DNA of 32,000 bases. It comes from Crocosphaera subtropica ATCC 51142 (lineage in GTDB: Bacteria > Cyanobacteriota > Cyanobacteriia > Cyanobacteriales > Microcystaceae). Shown here one piece after another: positions 17,356 to 25,386 of this stretch. Made by a program: the position numbers and the translations under genes. The notes under the pieces were generated by a model. The model ran no database searches and was not told the origin of the DNA. It saw nothing but the letters and a program-made list of their open reading frames with translations. Every line of letters begins with the position of its first letter. The stretch's first letter is position 1. Where the stretch lies: the NCBI RefSeq assembly GCF_000017845.1, contig NC_010546.1, positions 1,980,001 to 2,012,000 of the forward strand, written 5' to 3'.

Positions 17356-18168
17356 ATGCAACAACGTGGTTTAAAATCCTTTTTCACTTTCTTCCTAGGG
17401 TGTATTCTCAGCTTTGTCATGTTTGTTTTTTGCCCTTCTTCAGCTTTAGCGGTCAATAATCCTGAATTATTGCCGGATACAGCTACCCCTGTGGTAGATT
17501 TAGCCAATTTTCTTCCCGATATACAAGAAGAATCCTTAATTAAAGATATAGAAACCTTTGAATCAGATACAGGGTGGAGAATTCGCGTTTTAACCCAATA
17601 CGATCGCTCTCCGGGTCGTGCAGTAATTAATTTTTGGGGTTTAGATGATAAAAGTATTCTCTTAGTGGCTGATTCACGAGGGGGCAATATTCTTTCCTTT
17701 AGTATTGGGGATGACGTTTATGAATTATTGCCGAGAACTTTCTGGATTGAATTACAGGCCCGTTTTGGTAATATGTATTATGTGCGAGAAAACGGCGAAA
17801 ATACCTCTATTATGAATGCCCTGGATACAGTTAAAGGGTGTTTAGTCAAAGGGGGTTGTGGGGTTGTACCTGGTTTACCCAGAGAACAATGGATTCTCAC
17901 TTTGATTACCTCTATTGTCGGTGGTTTAGTGTTTGGATTTGCAGGAACCCCTCGCAAACCGGATCAAGTCTTTGCTTGGCAATGGGTTCTCATTATTTCA
18001 CCGTTATGGGGTATTCTCTTTATTGCTTTTGGTATCGGTCCAGTGGTTAGCAGAACCTCTGATTGGTTACCATTATTCCGTAATGTGATTGGCTTTGCCT
18101 TAGGGGTTTTAGTCGCTTATCTGTCTCCTTTCTTGAATCAACCTCCTGCCTCGAATCCTAATACTTAA
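17356..18168 (+). CDS. TPM-domain (Psb32/TLP18.3-like) protein with C-terminal TM helices
   Basis: It has a signal-like N-terminus. The sequence VVDLANFLPDIQEESLIKDIETFESDTGWRIRVLT...ILLVAD fits the TPM phosphatase-domain pattern. The C-terminal segments are hydrophobic. Confidence 0.6.
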   Translation: MQQRGLKSFFTFFLGCILSFVMFVFCPSSALAVNNPELLPDTATPVVDLANFLPDIQEESLIKDIETFESDTGWRIRVLTQYDRSPGRAVINFWGLDDKSILLVADSRGGNILSFSIGDDVYELLPRTFWIELQARFGNMYYVRENGENTSIMNALDTVKGCLVKGGCGVVPGLPREQWILTLITSIVGGLVFGFAGTPRKPDQVFAWQWVLIISPLWGILFIAFGIGPVVSRTSDWLPLFRNVIGFALGVLVAYLSPFLNQPPASNPNT

Positions 18169-18189
18169 TCCTTATTATTTGTGCTAATT

Positions 18190-18819
18190 ATGGAATGGCA
18201 CGTTACTGATGCTCAGAGTTTAGCAATGATCGATAGAGAAATCGGCGAAACGGTTTTCTCTCCTGCTGAGTATGAAATTGTACGGCGAGTCATTTATCAA
18301 ACCGCCGACTTTGACTATCTATCTCTATTGCGTTTTTCAGAACGGGCTTTGCAATCAGGGGCTGCTGCTTTAGCAGCCCGTAGTACCCTTGTTGTGGATG
18401 TACCGATGGTACAGGTGGGTATCGTGCCAAGTCTTCAGGATACTTTTGCTAATCCGGTTTATTGTAGTACCCAAACTATTACCCGTCCCCAAAAAACGAA
18501 AACTCAAACCGCTTGGGGAATGGAAACTTTAGCCAAACGCTATCCTGAAGCAATTTTTGTCGTTGGAGAATCCCAAACAGCCCTAACAGCGTTGGTGGAA
18601 TTAGTTGAAGAACAAGACATTAAACCAGCCTTAGTCATTGGGACTCCGGCAGGATTTATTGGGGCAGATGTGGCCAAAGAACGGCTACATGATGCCCAAA
18701 TTCCTCATATCACAGTTAATGGTCGTAAAGGGAGTGCGGTGGTTGCGGTGGCCATTGTTAATGGTTTATTAGATTTAGCTTGGCAAGCTTATGGTCAGTC
18801 TGAAAGTGGGGCTAGTTAA
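18190..18819 (+). CDS. cobH: Precorrin-8X methylmutase (CobH/CbiC)
   Basis: The sequence ...VVGESQTALTALVEL...KPALVIGTPAGFIGADVAKERL...GRKGSAVVAVAIVNGL matches the CobH/CbiC core. The start could be ATG 18190 or GTG 18181. Confidence 0.85.
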   Translation: MEWHVTDAQSLAMIDREIGETVFSPAEYEIVRRVIYQTADFDYLSLLRFSERALQSGAAALAARSTLVVDVPMVQVGIVPSLQDTFANPVYCSTQTITRPQKTKTQTAWGMETLAKRYPEAIFVVGESQTALTALVELVEEQDIKPALVIGTPAGFIGADVAKERLHDAQIPHITVNGRKGSAVVAVAIVNGLLDLAWQAYGQSESGAS

Positions 18820-18948
18820 ATGGTTGATATGAAATTTCTTTAAATACTACGCTTTATAGTAGGGTAAGCAGAGGAAGCAGTAGTTTCAAACCCCTATTAT
18901 CTCGTAAAAAAAGACTCGACTCTGCCACCGAAGGAGCGCATAGCGTCC

Positions 18949-18974
18949 TCCGAATTCCTAACTCCGAACTCAGG
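18949..18974. repeat. Degenerate heptamer repeat CTCCGAA / TTCCTAA / CTCCGAA / CTCAG (same family as GAGTTCG, opposite orientation)
   Basis: Counted at 18949-18955, 18956-18962, 18963-18969 and 18970-18974. Confidence 0.8.
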
Positions 18975-19067
18975 TTGCCTAAGAATTGTCATCTTATTCA
19001 ACTTTCTTGAGGTGTATCTTCAAAAACCCAAATATGAGATATATCTTTATAAATCCTCCAATAATTC

Positions 19068-19496
19068 CTAATACCATTCAATACTTTTCATGGTATTTTC
19101 TAGTTCCTCAATTAAACTATCCAAACTAGATTGTTTTTCATCAAAACACACAGGTGGAAAAGGATCAGATTGATAATAAATTAATTTAATTTGACCTTTA
19201 TTGATAACAATCAGAGCCACTTCTTCTTGTTCGTTATAATTATCAAAAATACCTAGAATTTCTTGAATTTTTCCTTCAACATTTCGATTCAATTCTTCGA
19301 GAGACTGACGAGAACAGCGAATAAAGTGGGGTTCCGGTTGTAAATCAATGCCTAAAACGTCTTTTTTCTCTTCCCATTCATTTTTTAGTCCCCACGCCAA
19401 TGCTGCTAAGGTCTTCTTATTTTCTGTTACAAAACGGTTTAACTGATATCGCCATTGGTTTTCCAAATTATCTGGAATCGATTCACCAAATTGCAT
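19068..19496 (-). CDS. Conserved-looking acidic hypothetical protein (142 aa)
   Basis: This is a clean ORF with no competing frame. The motifs WRYQLNRFVTENKKTLAALAWGL...GIDLQPEPHF... look like a cyanobacteria-wide family. A faint recollection links such sequences to a carboxysome assembly factor, but I cannot verify this, so it is not called. Confidence 0.7.
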   Translation of the reverse strand: MQFGESIPDNLENQWRYQLNRFVTENKKTLAALAWGLKNEWEEKKDVLGIDLQPEPHFIRCSRQSLEELNRNVEGKIQEILGIFDNYNEQEEVALIVINKGQIKLIYYQSDPFPPVCFDEKQSSLDSLIEELENTMKSIEWY

Positions 19497-19533
19497 TATT
19501 TATTACCTCAAAATTTTCTCAACTAAGACCGAT

Positions 19534-19562
19534 GTAGGGGCTGAACGTTATGAAGCCCCTAC
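19534..19562 (-). terminator. 9-bp GC-rich hairpin GTAGGGGCT ... AGCCCCTAC between the VKOR gene and the next minus-strand gene
   Basis: The arms are 19534-19542 and 19554-19562. There is no T-run, and the hairpin resembles common cyanobacterial intergenic palindromes. Confidence 0.4.
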
Positions 19563-19578
19563 CCTCTTATTAACGTTA

Positions 19579-20562
19579 TTAACGACCAGGAATAGTATAT
19601 TTCCAGTCCGTTGGTCCCGTATAACCAGTCTTTTCGGCTAAGGTTTCAGGAAGTTGCGCCCCGGATAATTTTTCTCCATCAATCTCCCAAGTGGGATAGG
19701 ATTGAATCTCCGCAGCCTGACAAGCATCAGGTTGGGGATTTTTACCACTGGGATCACATTCAATGTAGGTAATTTCTTGAACCGCTTCTTGACCCAAAAC
19801 TTGTTTTTGGTCGTAACAATGGGGACACCAAAAAGCCCCATACATTTTTGCTCCCACGGAGGTTAAATGTTTAGCGAGTTCAATTTCTGCTTGCCCTGAC
19901 TCTGTGGTAACTTCCCAACCATAGGGGGGTTCAGGTCGTGTGGTAGCTGTTTCGATGAGAATCCGACCATCGGCGTTGGTAGGTTGATTAAGAGGGGCAT
20001 AAATTCCTAGGGTTCCCACTAACGTAATCATAGCTACCACAATGGGAATAAAGAAAAGTTGACCCACTTCTTCCCAGTCTCGGCCAAAAATACTTAAACC
20101 CATTAAGCTCAAAGAAAACAAGGCCGAACCGATACAATAGTAACAAACCGATTGTAATTCGGTGGCTAGAATATACATCAGATAACCACTAAACACAGCC
20201 ATGGCAGTTCCCCCGGCTAAGAGGAACAACCATGTCCATTCATCGAGTTGTTTTCTAAAGCTTTTTTTTCCTTCTGGTTTAATTAATAACGGACCTAAAG
20301 AAGCGGCAGACATACTGCCATAAGCCAGAAATCCGAACAAACTCAACGGTAAGCCAAAAACAGTGGCGTAAGGACTATCGAGGACACTTTTACAGCCTGT
20401 TGTCATGGTAGCTGCGTCACTCGCACCACAAGCCACGTCTCCTCCAGTTAGTTTAGTAATGGTCAGATAGGCGGTTAGAATAGCCCCTGCGATAGCGATC
20501 GCCCCAATCATAGGACGGGACCAACGATGAATCCAAGGAACCGAACGTCTACTACGAATCAT
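19579..20562 (-). CDS. Vitamin K epoxide reductase (VKOR) fused to a thioredoxin-like domain
   Basis: It has a polytopic N-terminal domain with loop Cys residues (CGASDAATMTTGC) and the CYYC active site. The C-terminal domain carries WCPHC. Confidence 0.9.
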   Translation of the reverse strand: MIRSRRSVPWIHRWSRPMIGAIAIAGAILTAYLTITKLTGGDVACGASDAATMTTGCKSVLDSPYATVFGLPLSLFGFLAYGSMSAASLGPLLIKPEGKKSFRKQLDEWTWLFLLAGGTAMAVFSGYLMYILATELQSVCYYCIGSALFSLSLMGLSIFGRDWEEVGQLFFIPIVVAMITLVGTLGIYAPLNQPTNADGRILIETATTRPEPPYGWEVTTESGQAEIELAKHLTSVGAKMYGAFWCPHCYDQKQVLGQEAVQEITYIECDPSGKNPQPDACQAAEIQSYPTWEIDGEKLSGAQLPETLAEKTGYTGPTDWKYTIPGR

Positions 20563-20611
20563 AATGGTTCTTTAATTTAGCAATCAATTATTCCTGCATT
20601 TTAACAAGGGC

Positions 20612-21460
20612 TTAGGATCTCAACTTTACAGGTTGCTGAGATTTTGTATTTTCTTTAGAGGCGCTGATTTCTTTGGCTGCCTCGACAAACTGGGCAACCC
20701 GAATGGGATCAACGGGTTCGCTAATTTTTCCATGACGTTTGAGGGAACTAGCAACAATCACCCCATCAGCTGCTGTCATTAATTTACCAATATTATCCCA
20801 ATCCGCCCCACTCCCGATAAAAACCGGTGTTTCTTGGGCTGCTGCCGTGGCCAGTTCTAAGTCTTCGAGACTGGGGGGACTCCCTGTCGCCCATCCTGAT
20901 AGAATAATGCCGTCGGCCAGACCTCGTTCGATGGTATCTTGTACGGCTGTGGTTAGATTAGGAGTGCCTAGGGGACGGGCGTGTTTGACCAAAACATCCG
21001 CTAAAATCGCTACGTCAGCATCTAACTGGCGACGATAGCGCAGTAGTTCGTGGGCATTCCCTTCAATTAACCCCTGATCCGTGGCCATAATGCCCGTTAA
21101 GACATTGACACGGATAAATTGGGCATTAATGGTCGAAGCGATGGCCATTGCCCCTATTGCGTCGTTTCGTAGTAGGTTAATACCAACAGGAACCACCACT
21201 AAGTTTTTGATGCGATCAACAATCAAAGTCATGGCACTGATGACCACCGGATCAACCTTTTCTTTGGTGAAAGGGGCATCAAAAAAGTTTTCTACGATAA
21301 TACCATCAACTCCACCGGCGGCCAGGGCGGTGGCTTCTTGTTCGGCCCGTTCAATAACTGCAGTTAAACTACCTCCCCAACGGGGTGACGTGGGTAAGGG
21401 CAGCAGATGAACGACACCAATAACTGGGTTGGTCGTGTTGAATATTTGAGTCAAGTCCAC
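20612..21460 (-). CDS. btpA: BtpA/SgcQ-family protein (photosystem I biogenesis protein BtpA)
   Basis: MDLTQIFNTTNPVIGVVHLLPLPTSPRW... is the BtpA N-terminal signature. The product is 282 aa. Confidence 0.9.
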   Translation of the reverse strand: MDLTQIFNTTNPVIGVVHLLPLPTSPRWGGSLTAVIERAEQEATALAAGGVDGIIVENFFDAPFTKEKVDPVVISAMTLIVDRIKNLVVVPVGINLLRNDAIGAMAIASTINAQFIRVNVLTGIMATDQGLIEGNAHELLRYRRQLDADVAILADVLVKHARPLGTPNLTTAVQDTIERGLADGIILSGWATGSPPSLEDLELATAAAQETPVFIGSGADWDNIGKLMTAADGVIVASSLKRHGKISEPVDPIRVAQFVEAAKEISASKENTKSQQPVKLRS

Positions 21461-21746
21461 GCTTATCTACCTAACGGTCGACTACGGTTGATGCCGTCTG
21501 AAATTTAGCTCCGATTAGCCATTGTACCTTATCAGGGGTACAGGGGAATAGGGTATTATATTGTAATCAGAGGTCAGGAGTTCGTGTGATATTTTCAAAG
21601 GTCTAATAGAAGTACGATTTTATATCATGTCTAATTTTCCATCAAAAGAACAGGCTGAGAAGATAATTAAATGATTAAATGCTAACCGAAAAATGGTTTT
21701 AGATTTATATAAAAATCAATATATTGCTTACTAATAATTTTACCTC

Positions 21747-22271
21747 TTATATTTTTTGCAAATAACTGTGTATTATTTTTGTTGTAAAATCAGAAACAGA
21801 TTGACCTGATTGATTAGCTAATGCTTGAATTTTTTTTATGTCTTCATCGGATAAAATAACCCTAATTTCATTTTGGAATAATTGAGAAGCTGCGTAAGTT
21901 TCATATCGTTGTATTGCTTCAGATACATTATTAATGCTTTTCCATTCTTCATTTTCATGAGTATATTTTGTTCTTCGGGATTTAATGAAGTCATTTTTTT
22001 TATCTCCTAAATATCTCTTTTTCATTTTACGACTTGGAATAATTGTTTTGAGAAAAATCTCTGATTCAGTTTCTACGAAAGGAACTAAGTAAACATAATT
22101 GTTAAATTTAACCACAAAAATTTTTTGATTAGGATATTTGGTCACATTGTGGTGTTCAATAATATCGAGTAAATTTCCCTGGTTGATTGCTTGAATAATA
22201 TCATCAAATGTAATGTCTCTTTCACGTCTTAATTACTGATTTTTATCTTCATTCCATTGAAATTGTTTCAT
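21747..22271 (-). pseudogene. Decayed BrnT(DUF497)-like toxin / ribbon-helix-helix antitoxin module, with an in-frame stop in the toxin and the toxin and antitoxin frames fused
   Basis: From ATG 22271 the minus strand reads MKQFQWNEDKNQ, then TAA (22235-22233), then LRRERDITFDDIIQAINQGNLLDIIEHHNVTKYPNQKIFVVKFNNYVYLVPFVETESEIFLKTIIPSRKMKKRYLG.... The same frame continues into ...ENEEWKSINN...IRVILSDEDIKKIQALANQSGQSVSDFTTKIIHSYLQKI. The tracked 132-aa ORF is the GTG-started tail of this reading frame. Confidence 0.6.
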
Positions 22272-22301
22272 TTATTAACAATAGACATCTTTGGTTTATC
22301 T

Positions 22302-22326
22302 GTTGGGTTTCGTTCCTCAACCCAAC
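22302..22326. repeat. Hairpin repeat GTTGGGTT tcgttcctc AACCCAAC (a widespread cyanobacterial intergenic element)
   Basis: The arms 22302-22309 and 22319-22326 are exact complements. The element is followed by CTAC. Confidence 0.7.
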
Positions 22327-22333
22327 CTACAAG

Positions 22334-22349
22334 ATATGCGATCGCATAT
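22334..22349. repeat. 16-nt perfect palindrome ATATGCGATCGCATAT (extended HIP1 site)
   Basis: Read directly from the sequence. The HIP1 core is at 22338-22345. Confidence 0.9.
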
Positions 22350-22433
22350 TTTATCATAAAAAGATTTTTCATTAGATGTTATTTTTAAAGTTTTCAAGGG
22401 AATAATATCTTTTAAATACTGTACAAAAAAATC

Positions 22434-22757
22434 ATGAAAGCTCCCAGTCTTCAAACCATAAAAGAAAATATCTTTTATAAGATAGATTTTTCTAGACTCT
22501 CATTCAAAGATTTATTTTTTTTAGAATCCGAATTTACACATCTAATTTTGAGGTTAGTACAAAATTGGGAAGTTACATTTGAGATATGCGAATTATTATA
22601 CGAAAAAAAGAATGATTTTGTCAAAAGATATCAGGTAATGGATGCTTTATTTAAAATAAGGAAAAAATATCAAGAAATGTATTATTTTTACCAAAAATCT
22701 AACTCTATGTGTACATCAGAAGAAATTTACGCTAAAGTAATAAAAAGTCATAACTAA
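22434..22757 (+). CDS. Orphan hypothetical protein (107 aa, very AT-rich)
   Basis: This is the only long ORF in the interval. No motif or clear RBS was recognised, and the composition matches the surrounding low-GC islet. Confidence 0.3.
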   Translation: MKAPSLQTIKENIFYKIDFSRLSFKDLFFLESEFTHLILRLVQNWEVTFEICELLYEKKNDFVKRYQVMDALFKIRKKYQEMYYFYQKSNSMCTSEEIYAKVIKSHN

Positions 22758-22781
22758 CACTGCTAAAGTTTAATAAAAAGG

Positions 22782-22830
22782 ATGAAAAAACTGGGTTCTT
22801 GATGCTACAAAAACCCAGTTAATAATTTTT
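22782..22830. terminator. Bidirectional intrinsic terminator: AACTGGGTT ... AACCCAGTT flanked by an A-run and a T-run
   Basis: The arms are 22789-22797 and 22812-22820. On the minus strand the stem is followed by TTTTTTC, which makes a good terminator for ctaCDE. On the plus strand a T-run follows after AATAA. Confidence 0.7.
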
Positions 22831-22840
22831 TCAGTGAGGT

Positions 22841-23458
22841 TTATAGTAAATAAACCAAGATAAAAAGAATGATCCAAATGACATCAACAAAGTGCCAGTA
22901 AAGTTCGGCTGCTTCTACGCCGAAAAAGGACTCACTTGTGTAGTGTCCTGGTTTACGAGAACGCCATAAAACCGCTAGAGTTAATAATAGTCCAAAGGTC
23001 ACATGAAGACCATGAAACCCAGTTAAAGCGTAAAAAGAACTGGCGAATAAATTGGTCGTTAATCCCATCTCTAGATGGAAGTATTCATACATTTGGCCAA
23101 CGAGGAAAATAATCCCCATTACCGCAGTAATACCAAACCAAAGTTGTAACCCTGACACATCATTTTTCTTAATCGCGGTTTGTCCTTTGTGCATGACAAA
23201 ACTACTAGAAACCAGGATGATAGTATTGATTCCAGGTAATAATAATTCCAGTTCTGGAGTGCCTTCTGGGGGCCAAACCGGCATGATAGTTTTGTAGATG
23301 ATATAGGCTGTAAATAAGCCTAGGAAAATGGAACTTTCCGCCACTAAAAACAGGGCAATACCAAACAGTCGATGATCGGGATGTCCTTCATGGCCACCGT
23401 GATGCCCACTTTGTTCAGGAACCGTTCCTTGAGGTTGTTGAATCGCTGATCCTTGCAT
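22841..23458 (-). CDS. ctaE: Cytochrome c oxidase subunit III
   Basis: The His-rich N-terminus is followed by ...LFGIALFLVAESSIFLGLF...FYALTGFHGLHVTFG...YWHFVDVIW, which are subunit III motifs. Confidence 0.9.
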   Translation of the reverse strand: MQGSAIQQPQGTVPEQSGHHGGHEGHPDHRLFGIALFLVAESSIFLGLFTAYIIYKTIMPVWPPEGTPELELLLPGINTIILVSSSFVMHKGQTAIKKNDVSGLQLWFGITAVMGIIFLVGQMYEYFHLEMGLTTNLFASSFYALTGFHGLHVTFGLLLTLAVLWRSRKPGHYTSESFFGVEAAELYWHFVDVIWIILFILVYLL

Positions 23459-23543
23459 AAGAAATTGAAAGGTTGAAATGATTTAATGACAGTTAAAGAA
23501 ACCGTAAGGGCTTAATAATATTAAGCCCAGAGGACAAGAAAAC

Positions 23544-25211
23544 TTACTTAGAATTAGCTCCGACTTCAGCTAACATATCCTCAATGTTTTCCTCGGAGTT
23601 AACTCCTTCGGAGTCGGTACCGTAATCATAGGGACCAGCCCATAAAACGGGTTCTTCGTCGAAGTTTTCAATAGCTGGAGGAGAGGAAGTTTGCCATTCT
23701 AAAGTAAACGCACGCCAGGGGTTACGACCGGCTTTTTCTCCTTTGACTAAACTAAGGAAGACATTAATGACAAAGGGAACCGTTGACACAGCCAATAAAT
23801 AAGCACCGAGGGTACAAAGTTGGTTTAAGGGTTGAAACTCAATATCATATAAAGCAATACGACGGTTCATCCCCAGTAAACCTAGTTCGTGCATGGGTAA
23901 AAAGGTGATATTTAAGCCGATAAATAGGAGGATAAAATGAGCTTTTCCTAGGGGTTCATTGATCATTCTACCGGTCATTTTCGGGAACCAATGATAGAAC
24001 CCGGCAAATAGTCCCATTGCTGCCCCACCAAAGAGAACATAATGGAAATGTCCCACCACAAAGTAAGTGTCATGGACATGGATATCAAAAGGAACCGAAG
24101 ATAACATGACTCCGGTTAACCCACCCATTAAGAAAGTGGCAATGAAACCGATACCAAAACACATGGCGGTGTTGAGGTTAATTTTTCCGCCCCATATCGT
24201 GGCACACCAGCTAAAGATTTTAATCCCCGTAGGAACGGCAATGAGCATGGTGGCAGCCATAAAGAAGATCCGCAACCAGCCAGGGGTTCCACTGGTGAAC
24301 ATATGGTGCGCCCAAACGATTAAACCGAGGAAACTAATGGCTAAACTGGAATAGGCGATCGCACGATAACCGAAAATTGGTTTACGGGCATGAACTGGTA
24401 ATACATCAGAAATTAAACCAAAGAAGGGCAAAATCATGATGTAAACCGCAGGGTGGGAGTAAAACCAGAACATATGCTGGTAAACCACCGGATCGCCTCC
24501 GCCTGTGGGGTTAAAGAAGCTGGTTCCTGCGATTAAATCAAAGGATAAGAGAACTAAAGCGGCAGCGAGAACAGGGGTAGATAAAAGAATTAAAGCAGAG
24601 GTTGCCAGCATGGACCAACAAAACAGAGGCATACTGTGCAAATCCATATCTTTAATACGCATTTTAAAGATGGTGGTGACAAAATTAATCGCCCCCAAAA
24701 TAGAGGAAGTCCCCACCAATAAGACGCTTAAAATCCAAATTTCTTGGCCCCAAACCCCACTAATTAAACTGAGGGGAGGATAGGAAGTCCAGCCGGCTTG
24801 GGCTGCCCCACCATCCACAAAGAAACTCAGCAGTAGGAGAATACCGCCAGGAGGGGTTAACCAGAAAGCCACTGCGTTGAGGGTGGGAAAGGCCATATCA
24901 TCAGCCCCGATCATTAGGGGGATCAAATAATTGGCAAAAGCAGCCCCGGCAGGGACGATCCATAAAAAGATCATAATAGTGCCATGTAGGGTCATAAATT
25001 GGTTATACATGGCAGGGGTAACGAAATCGGGATCGGCGGTGGCCAACTCTGTGCGAAGCACTTCAGCAAAAGCCCCACCGATAAAATAGAACGCGAAGGA
25101 CGTGACTAAGTATTGAATACCAATCACCTTATGATCCGTACAAAAGGTGAAATAGTCCGTCCATTTCCTTTGTTGATGTTCCATGTGGGTTGATTCGACG
25201 GTGATTGTCAT
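23544..25211 (-). CDS. ctaD: Cytochrome c oxidase subunit I
   Basis: ...DHKVIGIQYL...HGTIMIF...WFYSHPAVYIMILP...WAHHMF...VGHFHYVL are the heme-copper oxidase subunit I signatures. The tracked start at 25262 is TTG, so ATG 25211 is preferred (ATG 25184 is also possible). Confidence 0.93.
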   Translation of the reverse strand: MTITVESTHMEHQQRKWTDYFTFCTDHKVIGIQYLVTSFAFYFIGGAFAEVLRTELATADPDFVTPAMYNQFMTLHGTIMIFLWIVPAGAAFANYLIPLMIGADDMAFPTLNAVAFWLTPPGGILLLLSFFVDGGAAQAGWTSYPPLSLISGVWGQEIWILSVLLVGTSSILGAINFVTTIFKMRIKDMDLHSMPLFCWSMLATSALILLSTPVLAAALVLLSFDLIAGTSFFNPTGGGDPVVYQHMFWFYSHPAVYIMILPFFGLISDVLPVHARKPIFGYRAIAYSSLAISFLGLIVWAHHMFTSGTPGWLRIFFMAATMLIAVPTGIKIFSWCATIWGGKINLNTAMCFGIGFIATFLMGGLTGVMLSSVPFDIHVHDTYFVVGHFHYVLFGGAAMGLFAGFYHWFPKMTGRMINEPLGKAHFILLFIGLNITFLPMHELGLLGMNRRIALYDIEFQPLNQLCTLGAYLLAVSTVPFVINVFLSLVKGEKAGRNPWRAFTLEWQTSSPPAIENFDEEPVLWAGPYDYGTDSEGVNSEENIEDMLAEVGANSK

Positions 25212-25286
25212 AGAAGGTTTATCAATGATTACGATAGACTTGGCAAAAGAGGTACACAACAAGACATTAAGTCAGGGGTCTAAAGA

Positions 25287-25314
25287 AGAAGTCAGAAGTT
25301 AGAAGTCAGAAGTA
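25287..25314. repeat. Heptanucleotide tandem repeat (AGAAGTC/AGAAGTT/AGAAGTC/AGAAGTA) in the ctaC-ctaD spacer
   Basis: Units were counted at 25287-25293, 25294-25300, 25301-25307 and 25308-25314. Confidence 0.9.
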
Positions 25315-25386
25315 AAACTCTTTTTGTATCTAGGTTTTAACCCAAGGATCTGTTTATTCCTCTTCTAGCTTGGGACTTCTCGAAGC

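Noticed and set aside
16457-17687. Antisense ORFs 16457..16858, 16831..17091 and 17310..17687
   Set aside because: Each mirrors a sense gene that has a clear domain signature (YtxH, DUF948-like, TPM).
17838-18050. Alternative-frame ORF within the TPM gene
   Set aside because: It overlaps the supported frame and encodes a Trp/Cys-rich improbable peptide.
18169-18189. Cobalamin riboswitch upstream of cobH (and likewise upstream of cbiD at 31208)
   Set aside because: cobH starts 12-21 nt after the preceding gene, and cbiD overlaps trhO, so there is no room for a ~200-nt aptamer. I also saw no B12-box-like motif in the neighbouring spacers.
19068-19496. Naming the 142-aa acidic protein as a specific carboxysome assembly factor
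   Set aside because: The idea rests only on a vague memory of similar sequences. No carboxysome genes are nearby and I cannot run a search, so it is left as hypothetical.
19638-21410. ORFs 19638..19841 (alternative frame on the same strand as the VKOR gene) and 20739..21038, 21081..21410 (antisense to btpA)
   Set aside because: They lie inside strongly supported genes and have no motifs of their own.
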